From: a virus
Taxonomy: Duplodnaviria; Heunggongvirae; Uroviricota; Caudoviricetes
DNA: 32,286 nt
Virus record (IMG/VR): IMGVR_UViG_3300024272_000027
Direction: 5' to 3' (one strand)
This document shows, in pieces, positions 1 to 8,150 of the stretch. Each line of letters begins with the position of its first letter. Position 1 is the first letter of the stretch. The notes under the pieces were generated by a model. The model worked only from the letters and a program-made list of their open reading frames with translations, was not told the origin of the DNA and made no database searches. The position numbers and the translations under genes are program-made.

Positions 1-937
1 ACAACTCACCTCGAGCTACTGATGAATAAGTACATTTGTAATTGTCTGCCCACTTTTTCATCGATTTGATATTTATCTGTTGTCGAGTATTATAGTCCTC
101 AACCGCCTGTTCAAGTGTGAAGCCCATCTCACGAATCTTAGCATCAAGAGCTTCTTGTAATGCTTTACTCTGATTTAAAACATTGCCGTTATCCTTTAAT
201 CTTCTCTCTGATATCATATAAACTTTATTGTCTACAATGATATTACCATAAGCTGCAGCTTGTACCCAAGTAGTCGAGTCGGCTGAAGTTAAAGGGAACT
301 TTTCAAGCACTTCTAATGCAGTACATCCGAAAGCGTGTGTCATAACATCTGGGTTAGGGCTATTCTTGATGATATCAAAACACATCTGCAACCAAGCAAA
401 TCGAGTAGCCGCATTATCTACAGTTGATACCGCAAGTCCTATGTACTTAATATGTTCACCATCTTCAAAAGTATAGTTAAGCATCTTATGTAACCACTTA
501 GTGTCTTCTTCAAAGTGGAATACAGGCATAATCTTATCCCTATACTCAGGCTTAACTTTTGATATCATATATAAGAAGTTTTCCCAACTTTGAGCCGGTG
601 CAGCTGCTAATTCTTCCTCAGTAGGCTCACGACCAATGACCTGAGGAATCTTATCCACTTGAGCATATATAGTTACATAATCGCCGGTGTCATTTATAAA
701 GTTTATGTAGTCATCAACATCAACTTCTTTGCCTTTTGTGTATGCCGTATAAGCACCACTATCCACAAATAAACAAAATGCATTAGGATGTTCTTTAAGG
801 TACTCGATGTCAGATAATATGTGATTACGCTCGTTCAACTGCGAATAAAGTTGGTCACAGCCTAATTCGCGTTTTAGTTCAAGACCCTCTTTTGAACCCC
901 TACCTGCAAAATACAAGTGAAACGGTCCGTTATACAT
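1..937 (-). CDS. dpdA: TGT-fold DNA 7-deazaguanine transglycosylase, phage DpdA type (3' end runs just off the left edge; not in the ORF track)
   Basis: Hand translation from ATG at 937 (GGAGG at 944-948) gives 312 open codons: MYNGPFHLYFAG...LFVDSGAYTAYTKGKEVDVDDYINFIN...AQVDKIP...IMPVFHFEED...YIGLA...THAFGCT...TSADSTTW...KWADNYKCTYSSVARGEL. These match TGT catalytic motifs (DSGA, D-x-IP, H-x-FG, SADS with the nucleophile Asp). No CxCxxC zinc site of bacterial tRNA TGT is visible. From memory it resembles Streptococcus phage Dp-1 DpdA. Adjacent to yhhQ. Confidence 0.85.
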   Translation of the reverse strand, partial: MYNGPFHLYFAGRGSKEGLELKRELGCDQLYSQLNERNHILSDIEYLKEHPNAFCLFVDSGAYTAYTKGKEVDVDDYINFINDTGDYVTIYAQVDKIPQVIGREPTEEELAAAPAQSWENFLYMISKVKPEYRDKIMPVFHFEEDTKWLHKMLNYTFEDGEHIKYIGLAVSTVDNAATRFAWLQMCFDIIKNSPNPDVMTHAFGCTALEVLEKFPLTSADSTTWVQAAAYGNIIVDNKVYMISERRLKDNGNVLNQSKALQEALDAKIREMGFTLEQAVEDYNTRQQINIKSMKKWADNYKCTYSSVARGEL

Positions 938-967
938 TATTAACCTCCTAGTTTATTTTACATTGTA

Positions 968-1000
968 ATTATAATATATTTTTCGGCATAATACAACTAA
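968..1000 (-). promoter_or_regulatory. sigma70/sigmaA-type promoter for dpdA
   Basis: Minus strand TTAG-TTGTAT (991-996), 17-nt spacer, TATAAT (968-973). Same architecture at 5213-5245 and 9702-9734. Confidence 0.75.
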
Positions 1001-1004
1001 TCTG

Positions 1005-1739
1005 TCAATTTATCATTGACAGATAGTTTTTACCGATATTATCTCTCTTCCATTTCTGACATATACCATAACCAATAGGAGCGAACACTGCTTCAAATAT
1101 CAGTTCAAATAAAGCTCCAGTTATAGCACATACAAAACATTGTAGAAGAGTCCAACCAAACAACACTTGGCTAACAATTAACGAGAACACAAAATTGTCA
1201 ACAAATTGTCCGATTGTTGTTGACACATAAGTTCTAACAACAAATACACCATAAGTATCTCTATTGTTGTATAACTTACCAATAGCTGCATTAGTTACAC
1301 TATTAGTAATACTTGCTACAATAAATGCTACCATACTACCAAATACGATATACCAATTACCTTTAACTGTAGCGTCAATAGCTTGATTAACTTCATTCAT
1401 CATTCCAAAATCATAGAATGCACCCCAGTTGCCTGGAATCAATGCAGCTAAGTAAAATAACACCGCTATAACAGCACTAATAAAGGTTGCAACAAGTGAC
1501 ACTTGAACCGATGCTTTAGCACCGAAATGTTTCACTATGATGTCCATACTTAAGAAAGACATCCAAGAAAAAATAATACCGCAGTCAAGCGCTAACCAAT
1601 TATTGGAGAACGCTATTGATTTGTTTGCAAATAAATTCATACAAACAATGGATATCACAAACATTGTTAATACCCAAGCTGGGATATCTTCAAGAAGTGT
1701 TCTAAATTGCTTAAAATAGTTTTTTACTTTATTTATCAT
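1005..1739 (-). CDS. yhhQ: Queuosine-precursor (preQ0/preQ1) transporter, YhhQ/VUT family membrane protein
   Basis: About 6 hydrophobic segments. Family-like motifs ANK..., DIIVKHFG (DxxxExxG-like), RTYVSTTIGQFVDNFVF (RxxxSTxxSQxxDTxxF-like). GGAG RBS at 1747-1750. Next to a TGT-family gene. Confidence 0.88.
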   Translation of the reverse strand: MINKVKNYFKQFRTLLEDIPAWVLTMFVISIVCMNLFANKSIAFSNNWLALDCGIIFSWMSFLSMDIIVKHFGAKASVQVSLVATFISAVIAVLFYLAALIPGNWGAFYDFGMMNEVNQAIDATVKGNWYIVFGSMVAFIVASITNSVTNAAIGKLYNNRDTYGVFVVRTYVSTTIGQFVDNFVFSLIVSQVLFGWTLLQCFVCAITGALFELIFEAVFAPIGYGICQKWKRDNIGKNYLSMIN

Positions 1740-1746
1740 AATTTGT

Positions 1747-1792
1747 CTCCTAAGTTTTATTTATACAGAGGAATATTTGGAATGAACTCTGT
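1747..1792 (-). ncRNA. Candidate preQ1 class I-like riboswitch / translational leader of yhhQ
   Basis: RNA: ACAGAG-UUCAUUCCAAAUAUUC-CUCUGU-AUAAAUAAAACUUAGGAG. 6-bp stem, loop starts UUC and ends C, A-rich tail, loop UUCC can pair with the GGAG SD. Deviations from the canonical aptamer: 16-nt loop, and no loop G for the usual P2 G-C pair. Confidence 0.42.
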
Positions 1793-4267
1793 TTATAATA
1801 CATCTGATAAGAAATCTCTTAACTGCTCTTCAGTGCACTCTTCGTGTTTTGCAGCTATGATGTTGTAGGCATCATTTGGTAAATTTCCAGCGTTAAGCAA
1901 TTTCTTATATTCATCTTGCAATATATTTTTAAAGTCATCATAATACCAACAAGGTGATATTTCAGTATCACACTTGAAAGGAATCTGCACAGTAGGCGCT
2001 GCTGATATTTTCATTATATCTGATAACAATCGTGAAACCTTATCAGCATTTTCTGCAGGACATTCTCCGATAAGCTCATCGTGAACTTGTAACAGCATTC
2101 TAAATCCTAATGCACGTAATTCTTCGCTATCGAAAACTTTACGCATTGCAAGTTTGCTCATTGTAGCCGCTCCACCTTGAACTCGTGAATTGACACTTTG
2201 TCTCTCTGCTTGAGATATGAATGCTCCATTATCTCTTATATCAATCTTATCAAATCGAGCAGCTTCTTTGATTGCATTTACTTGTTTCCAACCTCTTGCA
2301 GCATCTAACTGACTTCGATATTTTTCAATCAACGGATTAACTACTTTTGTTACTAACCCCTTTGAACCTAAGAGCGGATTTATGTCCACTGCATTCTTTG
2401 ATTCACTTTTATCAGTAATAGTATACTGTGGTAAGTTTATATCTGGTAAACGTCTACGACGACCCCAGAAGTCTTCTACATATCCGTTAAGTTTACAGTC
2501 AGCGATAGTTTTATCCATCCATTCGCGAACCTTTGGGAAACCTGTGTAGAAGTCATCAATAATCTTATCAGCTTCTTTAACTGATGCACCAATCTGGTCG
2601 GCAATTGACGCATTACCACGACCATACATAAGACCAAGTAAAATACTTTTACAGTTACCACGTCTTTTCTTACCCATCGGGTTTGGTGAACCGTCCTCAA
2701 AATGCTCCATATTATCCCAGTATGTGTTCTTGTATACACCACAAGCAATAGTTGCATACAAGTCTTTATTCTGTTTGTAAGCTGAAATCATATTCTCATC
2801 TTGAGCATATTCAGCAAGTAGACGCGGCTCTTGTTGTGAAAAGTCTCCACCTACCATAACATAACCATCTGATGCTTTAAACATCAAACGAATTTCTTTG
2901 TTATGGCTCGGGATATTCTGCAAGTTAGGGTCATTGGAACTAAAACGTCCAGTGTCAGTTCCAAGTTGATTAAAGTGTGCGTGAAGTCTGCCATCTGCAG
3001 CATTCACACATCTAGGTAACTTATCAATATATGTACTAATAAGTTTTTCAAGGCCTCGTTGCTCTAAAACAAGTTCACATAACGGATTGTCAATCTTTTC
3101 AAGAATTGCTTCACCTGTTCCTCGTGGTGACTTCTTGTCGATTACGGGTGTACCTAATACATCGTATAGTAGTATTGCAAACTGAGTTGGACTTGTGAGC
3201 TGAGGTGGGTCTTTAAGTTGTTCACTCTTAGATTTCGCATAAACAGTTTCGCCCTTCTTGTTTACTTTTTCGGCTCTAAAGTTAGCTGCATCGGTTTTAC
3301 GCCATTCATTGATTACATCACGATAAGCTTCTAACTGAGTATCAATACGTGATTGCACGTCATCCGCTAACTTATGATATTTCTGGCTTAATCTGTTTGC
3401 ATATTCTATATCAATTTCAACACCTGTAAGTTCCATTTCAGCAGCAACTTCCATAACAGGCATCTCAATATTATGAAATAAATCACTTAATCGTTCGTGA
3501 CCTGGTTGATTAAATTGCAACTGCTGCCACTTATAAAGTTTGTAGGTCATAAATGCGTCAGTAGCTGCATACAATGCAAACAATTCAGGCTCAACAATAG
3601 CATATTCAATATCTTCAAACAAATGGTCGATTGAATATTTTTCAACGGAAGAATCAATCTTATCACGATACTGGTCTTTCAACTTAGCACTCTTTTCGTT
3701 CTCATCAAGAATACGAACAGCTACCATTGTGTCCCAGTAAACTTTTAGTTGAACACCACAAGTACACTTGATAACTTTGTAGTCGAACTTACCGTTGTGC
3801 ATTATTATCTTTGTGCCTACAAGTCTGTTAAACTCTTCTGTTATATCAGCCTCGGTCAACTGATTTTCAAGTCTCTGATATGTAACAGGATTAACGTGAT
3901 TTAAAGGTATATAAGCATTCTTCTGCCCTGGGGTGTATATACAAGGCCCCATAAGTTTACAAGTAATAGGGTCAAGACTGTTATTCGTTTCAGTATCTAT
4001 TGCAATTTCGCCATTAGCAATAGCAGCATCAATATACGCTGTTAATTCTTCACGCGTTCTTATAACTTGTGTATCATCAACAAATCGACCTAATATCTTG
4101 TAAACATTTGTACGAATAGCGTCAAGTTTGTACTCTAACGGAATATTACTTGACTTTATCGCTTTACTGATTACTTTATTAGCATCTTTAGGATTGTTAA
4201 CTTTGTTTATTACTTTTTTAGGAGGAGTCCGCTTTACAACGAACTCCTCACCCCATAATGAACCCAT
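1793..4267 (-). CDS. polA: Family A DNA polymerase (3'-5' exonuclease plus polymerase, no 5'-3' exonuclease)
   Basis: ExoI IAIDTET, ExoII MHNGKFD, ExoIII YAATDA; TGRFSSNDPNLQNIP; motif A DFSQQEPR; motif B KSILLGLMYG; motif C LLQVHDEL. Confidence 0.97.
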   Translation of the reverse strand: MGSLWGEEFVVKRTPPKKVINKVNNPKDANKVISKAIKSSNIPLEYKLDAIRTNVYKILGRFVDDTQVIRTREELTAYIDAAIANGEIAIDTETNNSLDPITCKLMGPCIYTPGQKNAYIPLNHVNPVTYQRLENQLTEADITEEFNRLVGTKIIMHNGKFDYKVIKCTCGVQLKVYWDTMVAVRILDENEKSAKLKDQYRDKIDSSVEKYSIDHLFEDIEYAIVEPELFALYAATDAFMTYKLYKWQQLQFNQPGHERLSDLFHNIEMPVMEVAAEMELTGVEIDIEYANRLSQKYHKLADDVQSRIDTQLEAYRDVINEWRKTDAANFRAEKVNKKGETVYAKSKSEQLKDPPQLTSPTQFAILLYDVLGTPVIDKKSPRGTGEAILEKIDNPLCELVLEQRGLEKLISTYIDKLPRCVNAADGRLHAHFNQLGTDTGRFSSNDPNLQNIPSHNKEIRLMFKASDGYVMVGGDFSQQEPRLLAEYAQDENMISAYKQNKDLYATIACGVYKNTYWDNMEHFEDGSPNPMGKKRRGNCKSILLGLMYGRGNASIADQIGASVKEADKIIDDFYTGFPKVREWMDKTIADCKLNGYVEDFWGRRRRLPDINLPQYTITDKSESKNAVDINPLLGSKGLVTKVVNPLIEKYRSQLDAARGWKQVNAIKEAARFDKIDIRDNGAFISQAERQSVNSRVQGGAATMSKLAMRKVFDSEELRALGFRMLLQVHDELIGECPAENADKVSRLLSDIMKISAAPTVQIPFKCDTEISPCWYYDDFKNILQDEYKKLLNAGNLPNDAYNIIAAKHEECTEEQLRDFLSDVL

Positions 4268-4269
4268 TA

Positions 4270-5181
4270 TTAGTAATAACGGGGACCAGGTCTAACTGGC
4301 GCTCCAGTTGTAGTAGGTGCTTGCCATCCAGGTGCTCCGGTTGGAGGTGTTGGAGGAGCAGGATATGCAGGTGCTACAGGAGCTGCAGTTTCAACAGGAG
4401 TTGCTACAGCGGGCTGCTGATATACAGGAGCACCTGTTTGTGAATAGTCAGGAACTGCAGGTGTAGGAGTTACAGCAGGAGCTGCAGGAGGCATACTTGC
4501 TGCCACACCTTCAGCCTTCGGCTGATAACTCATTGGAGCGGTCGCTGCCTGTTCTGCTGCTGGCTGTTGAGTTCCAGGGAATGCTCCGGTCTGGATGAAT
4601 CCAACAATCTCTTGATAGTTCTTATTAAGAATAATACTACCTAATGCATCGTAATCATTGAACGCATCAGGTACTGGTGGGTATGCTGCATCTGTATATA
4701 CTTTAGGACTGCAGTAGAAAATGTCATAGGTAGTATCCATACTGCCTGCAGCACCGTTACGCTTAATCTTGAATAACGATTCTGATAACGGTCCATACTC
4801 ATCAATTAAATTCTTAAGTTTTGTTGCATAAGAAGTTGAGCGCTCCCAAACAACAGGAGTACCAACCATAGTTTGAGTCTGAGGGTCAAGATTGTACTGA
4901 ACCATATTGATAAAGATTCTAGTACTTGTATTGTTACCTGTATTGCACAACGGACACATTTCAACTGCATCCTGTGGGTTTCTAATACAGTTTATCTTAC
5001 GATATTTTCCTCCGACTGTGATGTTATGTACTGCATAGATATTGAATGAATCAACACTATCGTGCATAATTCTTACGATTGCCTCATCGCCGTCATTTCT
5101 AAGATTAAAGAAATCAAAGGTACCACGACTGCCACCATTACCGCCGTCTGCGGGAATAGCTCCAAATGCGATTTTTGCCAT
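4270..5181 (-). CDS. Single-stranded DNA-binding protein, T4 gp32-like, with Pro/Ala/Thr-rich C-terminal tail
   Basis: FFNLRNDGDEAIVRI, H...C...CPLC zinc ligands, FKIKRNG...DTTY. Located between primase and PolA. Confidence 0.75.
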   Translation of the reverse strand: MAKIAFGAIPADGGNGGSRGTFDFFNLRNDGDEAIVRIMHDSVDSFNIYAVHNITVGGKYRKINCIRNPQDAVEMCPLCNTGNNTSTRIFINMVQYNLDPQTQTMVGTPVVWERSTSYATKLKNLIDEYGPLSESLFKIKRNGAAGSMDTTYDIFYCSPKVYTDAAYPPVPDAFNDYDALGSIILNKNYQEIVGFIQTGAFPGTQQPAAEQAATAPMSYQPKAEGVAASMPPAAPAVTPTPAVPDYSQTGAPVYQQPAVATPVETAAPVAPAYPAPPTPPTGAPGWQAPTTTGAPVRPGPRYY

Positions 5182-5212
5182 TATAAATGCTCCTTTTCAT
5201 TTTGATATCATA

Positions 5213-5245
5213 ATTATATATAATCTTAACTTATATTACAACTAA
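5213..5245 (-). promoter_or_regulatory. sigma70/sigmaA-type promoter for ssb-polA-yhhQ
   Basis: TTAG-TTGTAA (5236-5241), 17 nt, TATAAT (5213-5218). The TAG is also the primase stop codon. Confidence 0.75.
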
Positions 5246-6192
5246 TAACAAGTTAAGGTTTTAACTTCTTCAGGTGTTAAGTCATTCACGTCTTTACCTG
5301 CGGGCACTAAGAAGTCACTAACTACTACGTCATCGCGTATGTGACGTCTAAATCTTCTTGCTCCTTTACGTCCAGCTTCGTCACCATCAAAATATAAATT
5401 AAATGTACGAATGCCACTTTTATTTAACAAATCATATTGATAAGTGGTGCCTGTCCCAAATAAGCATACGGCAGGAATACCGATAGACCATAAGTATAAG
5501 CAGTTTATCTGACTTTCGCACACTGCAACGGACGTAATCTTTTGTTGTAATATGTAATACAACAAATATACAGGCTTTTGTACTGCTTCAGGTATCTGGA
5601 ATCTTTTTGATTTAACATAACGTCCTGTAATAAAAACAAGACCGCCTTGCTCATCTCTCACAGGAAATGTTATCATATCTTTAACAGGGTCATATCCCAC
5701 CTCAAACAAATCAACAATCTCTTTTGTTAACTTTCGATACCACATATAATCGTGATAGTATTCATAGCACTTCAAGATTGATTCATCCATATACTGCTTG
5801 ACAGCACGTTTTTTATCTAATTCAATAGGTGGGAGATAGTCTACCTCAGATAAGAATGCTGTTTGACAGCGCTCAAGTAGCCATTCCTGACCAAATTCAA
5901 TATCAGGTTCATCAAAACAATCTGCAATAAATTGAGGTAACGGTCTCGCATAACCACACGTGAAACAGTGTACAAATCCATACTCTGTTTCTTTATCATT
6001 CGGGTCAGCAAACACCATACACGATGGATGCCTTTCCATACCATCTTTGTGATGTGGGCAAGTAACAGGTATGTTATTACCTCGCATCGCTCCGATGTCT
6101 CTAAGTTTACCATTTGTGAGTTCGCTTCGTAACTGATTTAAGATTGTTTTCATATCTGTTGTAATAACTTTATTACCAATCTTAAGATGCAT
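5242..6192 (-). CDS. dnaG: DNA primase (CHC2 zinc finger plus TOPRIM)
   Basis: CPHH...HCFTCG zinc finger; ITFPVRD; TOPRIM VCESQIN and FDGDEAGRKGA; KDVND. Confidence 0.9.
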   Translation of the reverse strand: MHLKIGNKVITTDMKTILNQLRSELTNGKLRDIGAMRGNNIPVTCPHHKDGMERHPSCMVFADPNDKETEYGFVHCFTCGYARPLPQFIADCFDEPDIEFGQEWLLERCQTAFLSEVDYLPPIELDKKRAVKQYMDESILKCYEYYHDYMWYRKLTKEIVDLFEVGYDPVKDMITFPVRDEQGGLVFITGRYVKSKRFQIPEAVQKPVYLLYYILQQKITSVAVCESQINCLYLWSIGIPAVCLFGTGTTYQYDLLNKSGIRTFNLYFDGDEAGRKGARRFRRHIRDDVVVSDFLVPAGKDVNDLTPEEVKTLTCY

Positions 6193-7457
6193 TAGAACGC
6201 GTCTACTCCTTCACTTTCATACTCTCTAACTAAATCACTAACAGCTTGCGGATTACTACTAGTTTCATCATTCGGAATATATGTAAATATACCCTTATTA
6301 AAATCAACTGCATACTGCAGATGTTTACCGTTGATAGCATCACGAGCTTTTACAAGATTAAGAGTTAAAACTCCATCTTTTTGCTCTAAGAATATAACAA
6401 CAGTACTGTCTTGTGATATACGGTCAGATTGAGCTACGTGAGCTGTGGTTTGACCGCCTTCAGTTGATTCACGATTTTGCTGTGATACTGCAATAATAGG
6501 TATATGCTTTAATACTTGTAAATTCTTCAAGTCTCTCGAAATGTTAGCAGCCTTTTCAACAGGACTACGAGCACCACGGTCATCTTCAAGTAAAGAATGT
6601 TGGTCTACACAAAGTATATCAAGTTTGTCTTTCTCAATAAATGCTCTTAAAGCAGTAACCCCTGCTGCACCATTTATCATAGCGGGTGTTAGTATCTTTA
6701 TACTACCTTTATACTTGTTAGGCAATTCTTCCATATATCTTTTATATTCAACTTGTACAGAATCGTTACCACGCATAATAGCTGTGTTAGAGATATGTGA
6801 AGCTAAAGTATCAATACGATAACCAACTTTATTCTCACTCATCTCACCAGAATAGATACCGACATTTAAACCTTGTTCGGCTGCCGCTAATGCTATAAAA
6901 TGTAATATCCACGATTTACCGATACCAGGTCGAGCAACGATAGTTGCCAATTCCTCTAAACGGTCCCATCCTCCGATAAGTTCGTCAAGTTCTTTAAATC
7001 CTGTTTTTATGTAAAACTTATTATAATCGTTACATTTTTCAACATAAGCATTATATCGTGAAGTGTCTTTGAATATATCTACAGTGTCAAGATGTGTTGA
7101 TTCAACAATATCCGATGCTGCAGATGTGTACACACGCATAGCCTCATCAGTCTTATCCTGATTTAGTAGTTCACGAACACGATTAAAAACTTTTGCTAAC
7201 TTTCGTTTATTATAATCTTGATATAGTTCATCAATAAGATATGTTGTAGTTTCACTAACATCAACAACATCAAACTCAGGAAATTTGTCCACAAAAGAAT
7301 GGATATCCGGACAATTTCCATATTTATCAATATGCTCTTTTATCCACTTGAATTCATACTTGTAATCGCTAAAAAATTCATCTGTTAGATTATTCATTAA
7401 CAATAATGAAGTATCTTTTGTTGTTAATAGTTTATTTAGAAATTGTAGTTGTACCAA
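6192..7457 (-). CDS. dnaB: Replicative DNA helicase, DnaB family
   Basis: Walker A IVARPGIGKS, YSGEMS, Walker B ILCVDQ, VSQQNR, SDRISQDS, KARD. TTG start. Its stop overlaps the primase ATG (TAATG). Confidence 0.93.
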   Translation of the reverse strand: MVQLQFLNKLLTTKDTSLLLMNNLTDEFFSDYKYEFKWIKEHIDKYGNCPDIHSFVDKFPEFDVVDVSETTTYLIDELYQDYNKRKLAKVFNRVRELLNQDKTDEAMRVYTSAASDIVESTHLDTVDIFKDTSRYNAYVEKCNDYNKFYIKTGFKELDELIGGWDRLEELATIVARPGIGKSWILHFIALAAAEQGLNVGIYSGEMSENKVGYRIDTLASHISNTAIMRGNDSVQVEYKRYMEELPNKYKGSIKILTPAMINGAAGVTALRAFIEKDKLDILCVDQHSLLEDDRGARSPVEKAANISRDLKNLQVLKHIPIIAVSQQNRESTEGGQTTAHVAQSDRISQDSTVVIFLEQKDGVLTLNLVKARDAINGKHLQYAVDFNKGIFTYIPNDETSSNPQAVSDLVREYESEGVDAF

Positions 7458-7460
7458 ACG

Positions 7461-8147
7461 CTATAAACCTCTCTTATCCATCCCGTGTAGTTCAATATTT
7501 GTAGAAAGATTTACAATTCGAGAATACAATCGTTCTCCAACGCGTTCTTTCAACTGTTCAGGATTCATATTTGATGTGTATATATTAGACTTACCATTAT
7601 CAATTCTATTGTTAATAATGTTAAGTAGATTTTCTATTTCAAATTCAGTTCCAACTTTAGTACCTATGTCATCCCAGATAACTAAATCACAAGTAGCAAC
7701 ATTATCTTTAATGTGTTGAATATAGTCACTATGATTACTAATGTTATCTTTCAAAGCTAAGAAAAACTTTGGAACATTGATAAACAATGCTTTACATTCT
7801 ATAGAAGCACTCGGCCAGACTTTATTGAAATACGCTTGTAATAGTCTGAGTGCCCACGACGATTTGCCATTACCACAAGTAGTAGAATATAGATAAAGGT
7901 TACTACCACCTTTTATGAATTCAATTATGTCTGACTGAATTGTTTGAAGTCTCTTAAACTCATCTCTATCAGTCCCATCGGCGTCAATTCGTAGATTAAC
8001 GTGACATCGTTGTTTATCACTAACTAACGCATTCTCGTACAGTTTATCAAGTTTAAATAATTTGATACAGAATGTGTTATCAACGCACTCGCCTCTACGA
8101 TATTTAGCACACTGGTCTTTAATAAAACATCTATCACTAAATATCAA
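7461..8147 (-). CDS. Helicase loader, DnaC/DnaI/IstB-like AAA+ ATPase
   Basis: Walker A CGNGKSS, Walker B LVIWDDIG, IYTSN, RLYSRI; Cys-rich N-terminus; directly upstream of DnaB. Confidence 0.88.
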   Translation of the reverse strand: MIFSDRCFIKDQCAKYRRGECVDNTFCIKLFKLDKLYENALVSDKQRCHVNLRIDADGTDRDEFKRLQTIQSDIIEFIKGGSNLYLYSTTCGNGKSSWALRLLQAYFNKVWPSASIECKALFINVPKFFLALKDNISNHSDYIQHIKDNVATCDLVIWDDIGTKVGTEFEIENLLNIINNRIDNGKSNIYTSNMNPEQLKERVGERLYSRIVNLSTNIELHGMDKRGL

Positions 8148-8150
8148 ATG

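Noticed and set aside
1-937. Reading the TGT-fold gene as a host-type tRNA-guanine transglycosylase (tgt)
   Set aside because: It lacks the CxCxxC...H zinc motif of bacterial TGT, is shorter, and sits in a phage replication context with yhhQ; DpdA fits better, though tRNA activity is not excluded experimentally.
1765-1792. polA-yhhQ hairpin as an intrinsic terminator
   Set aside because: On the coding strand the stem is followed by an A-rich tract, not a U tract, and the stem is only 6 bp with a 16-nt loop.
2210-2440. PolA insertion as an intein or intron
   Set aside because: In frame and only 77 aa, with no N-terminal Cys/Ser, no C-terminal His-Asn and no homing endonuclease motif.
1793-4267. 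PolA as a DpoZ-type polymerase of a 2-aminoadenine genome
   Set aside because: No purZ, datZ or mazZ gene in the window and no diagnostic feature I can verify by eye.
4258-4570. GC-richer CAG/GCA-rich stretch as a mobile or regulatory repeat
   Set aside because: Fully explained by Pro/Ala/Thr/Gln codons of the SSB tail.
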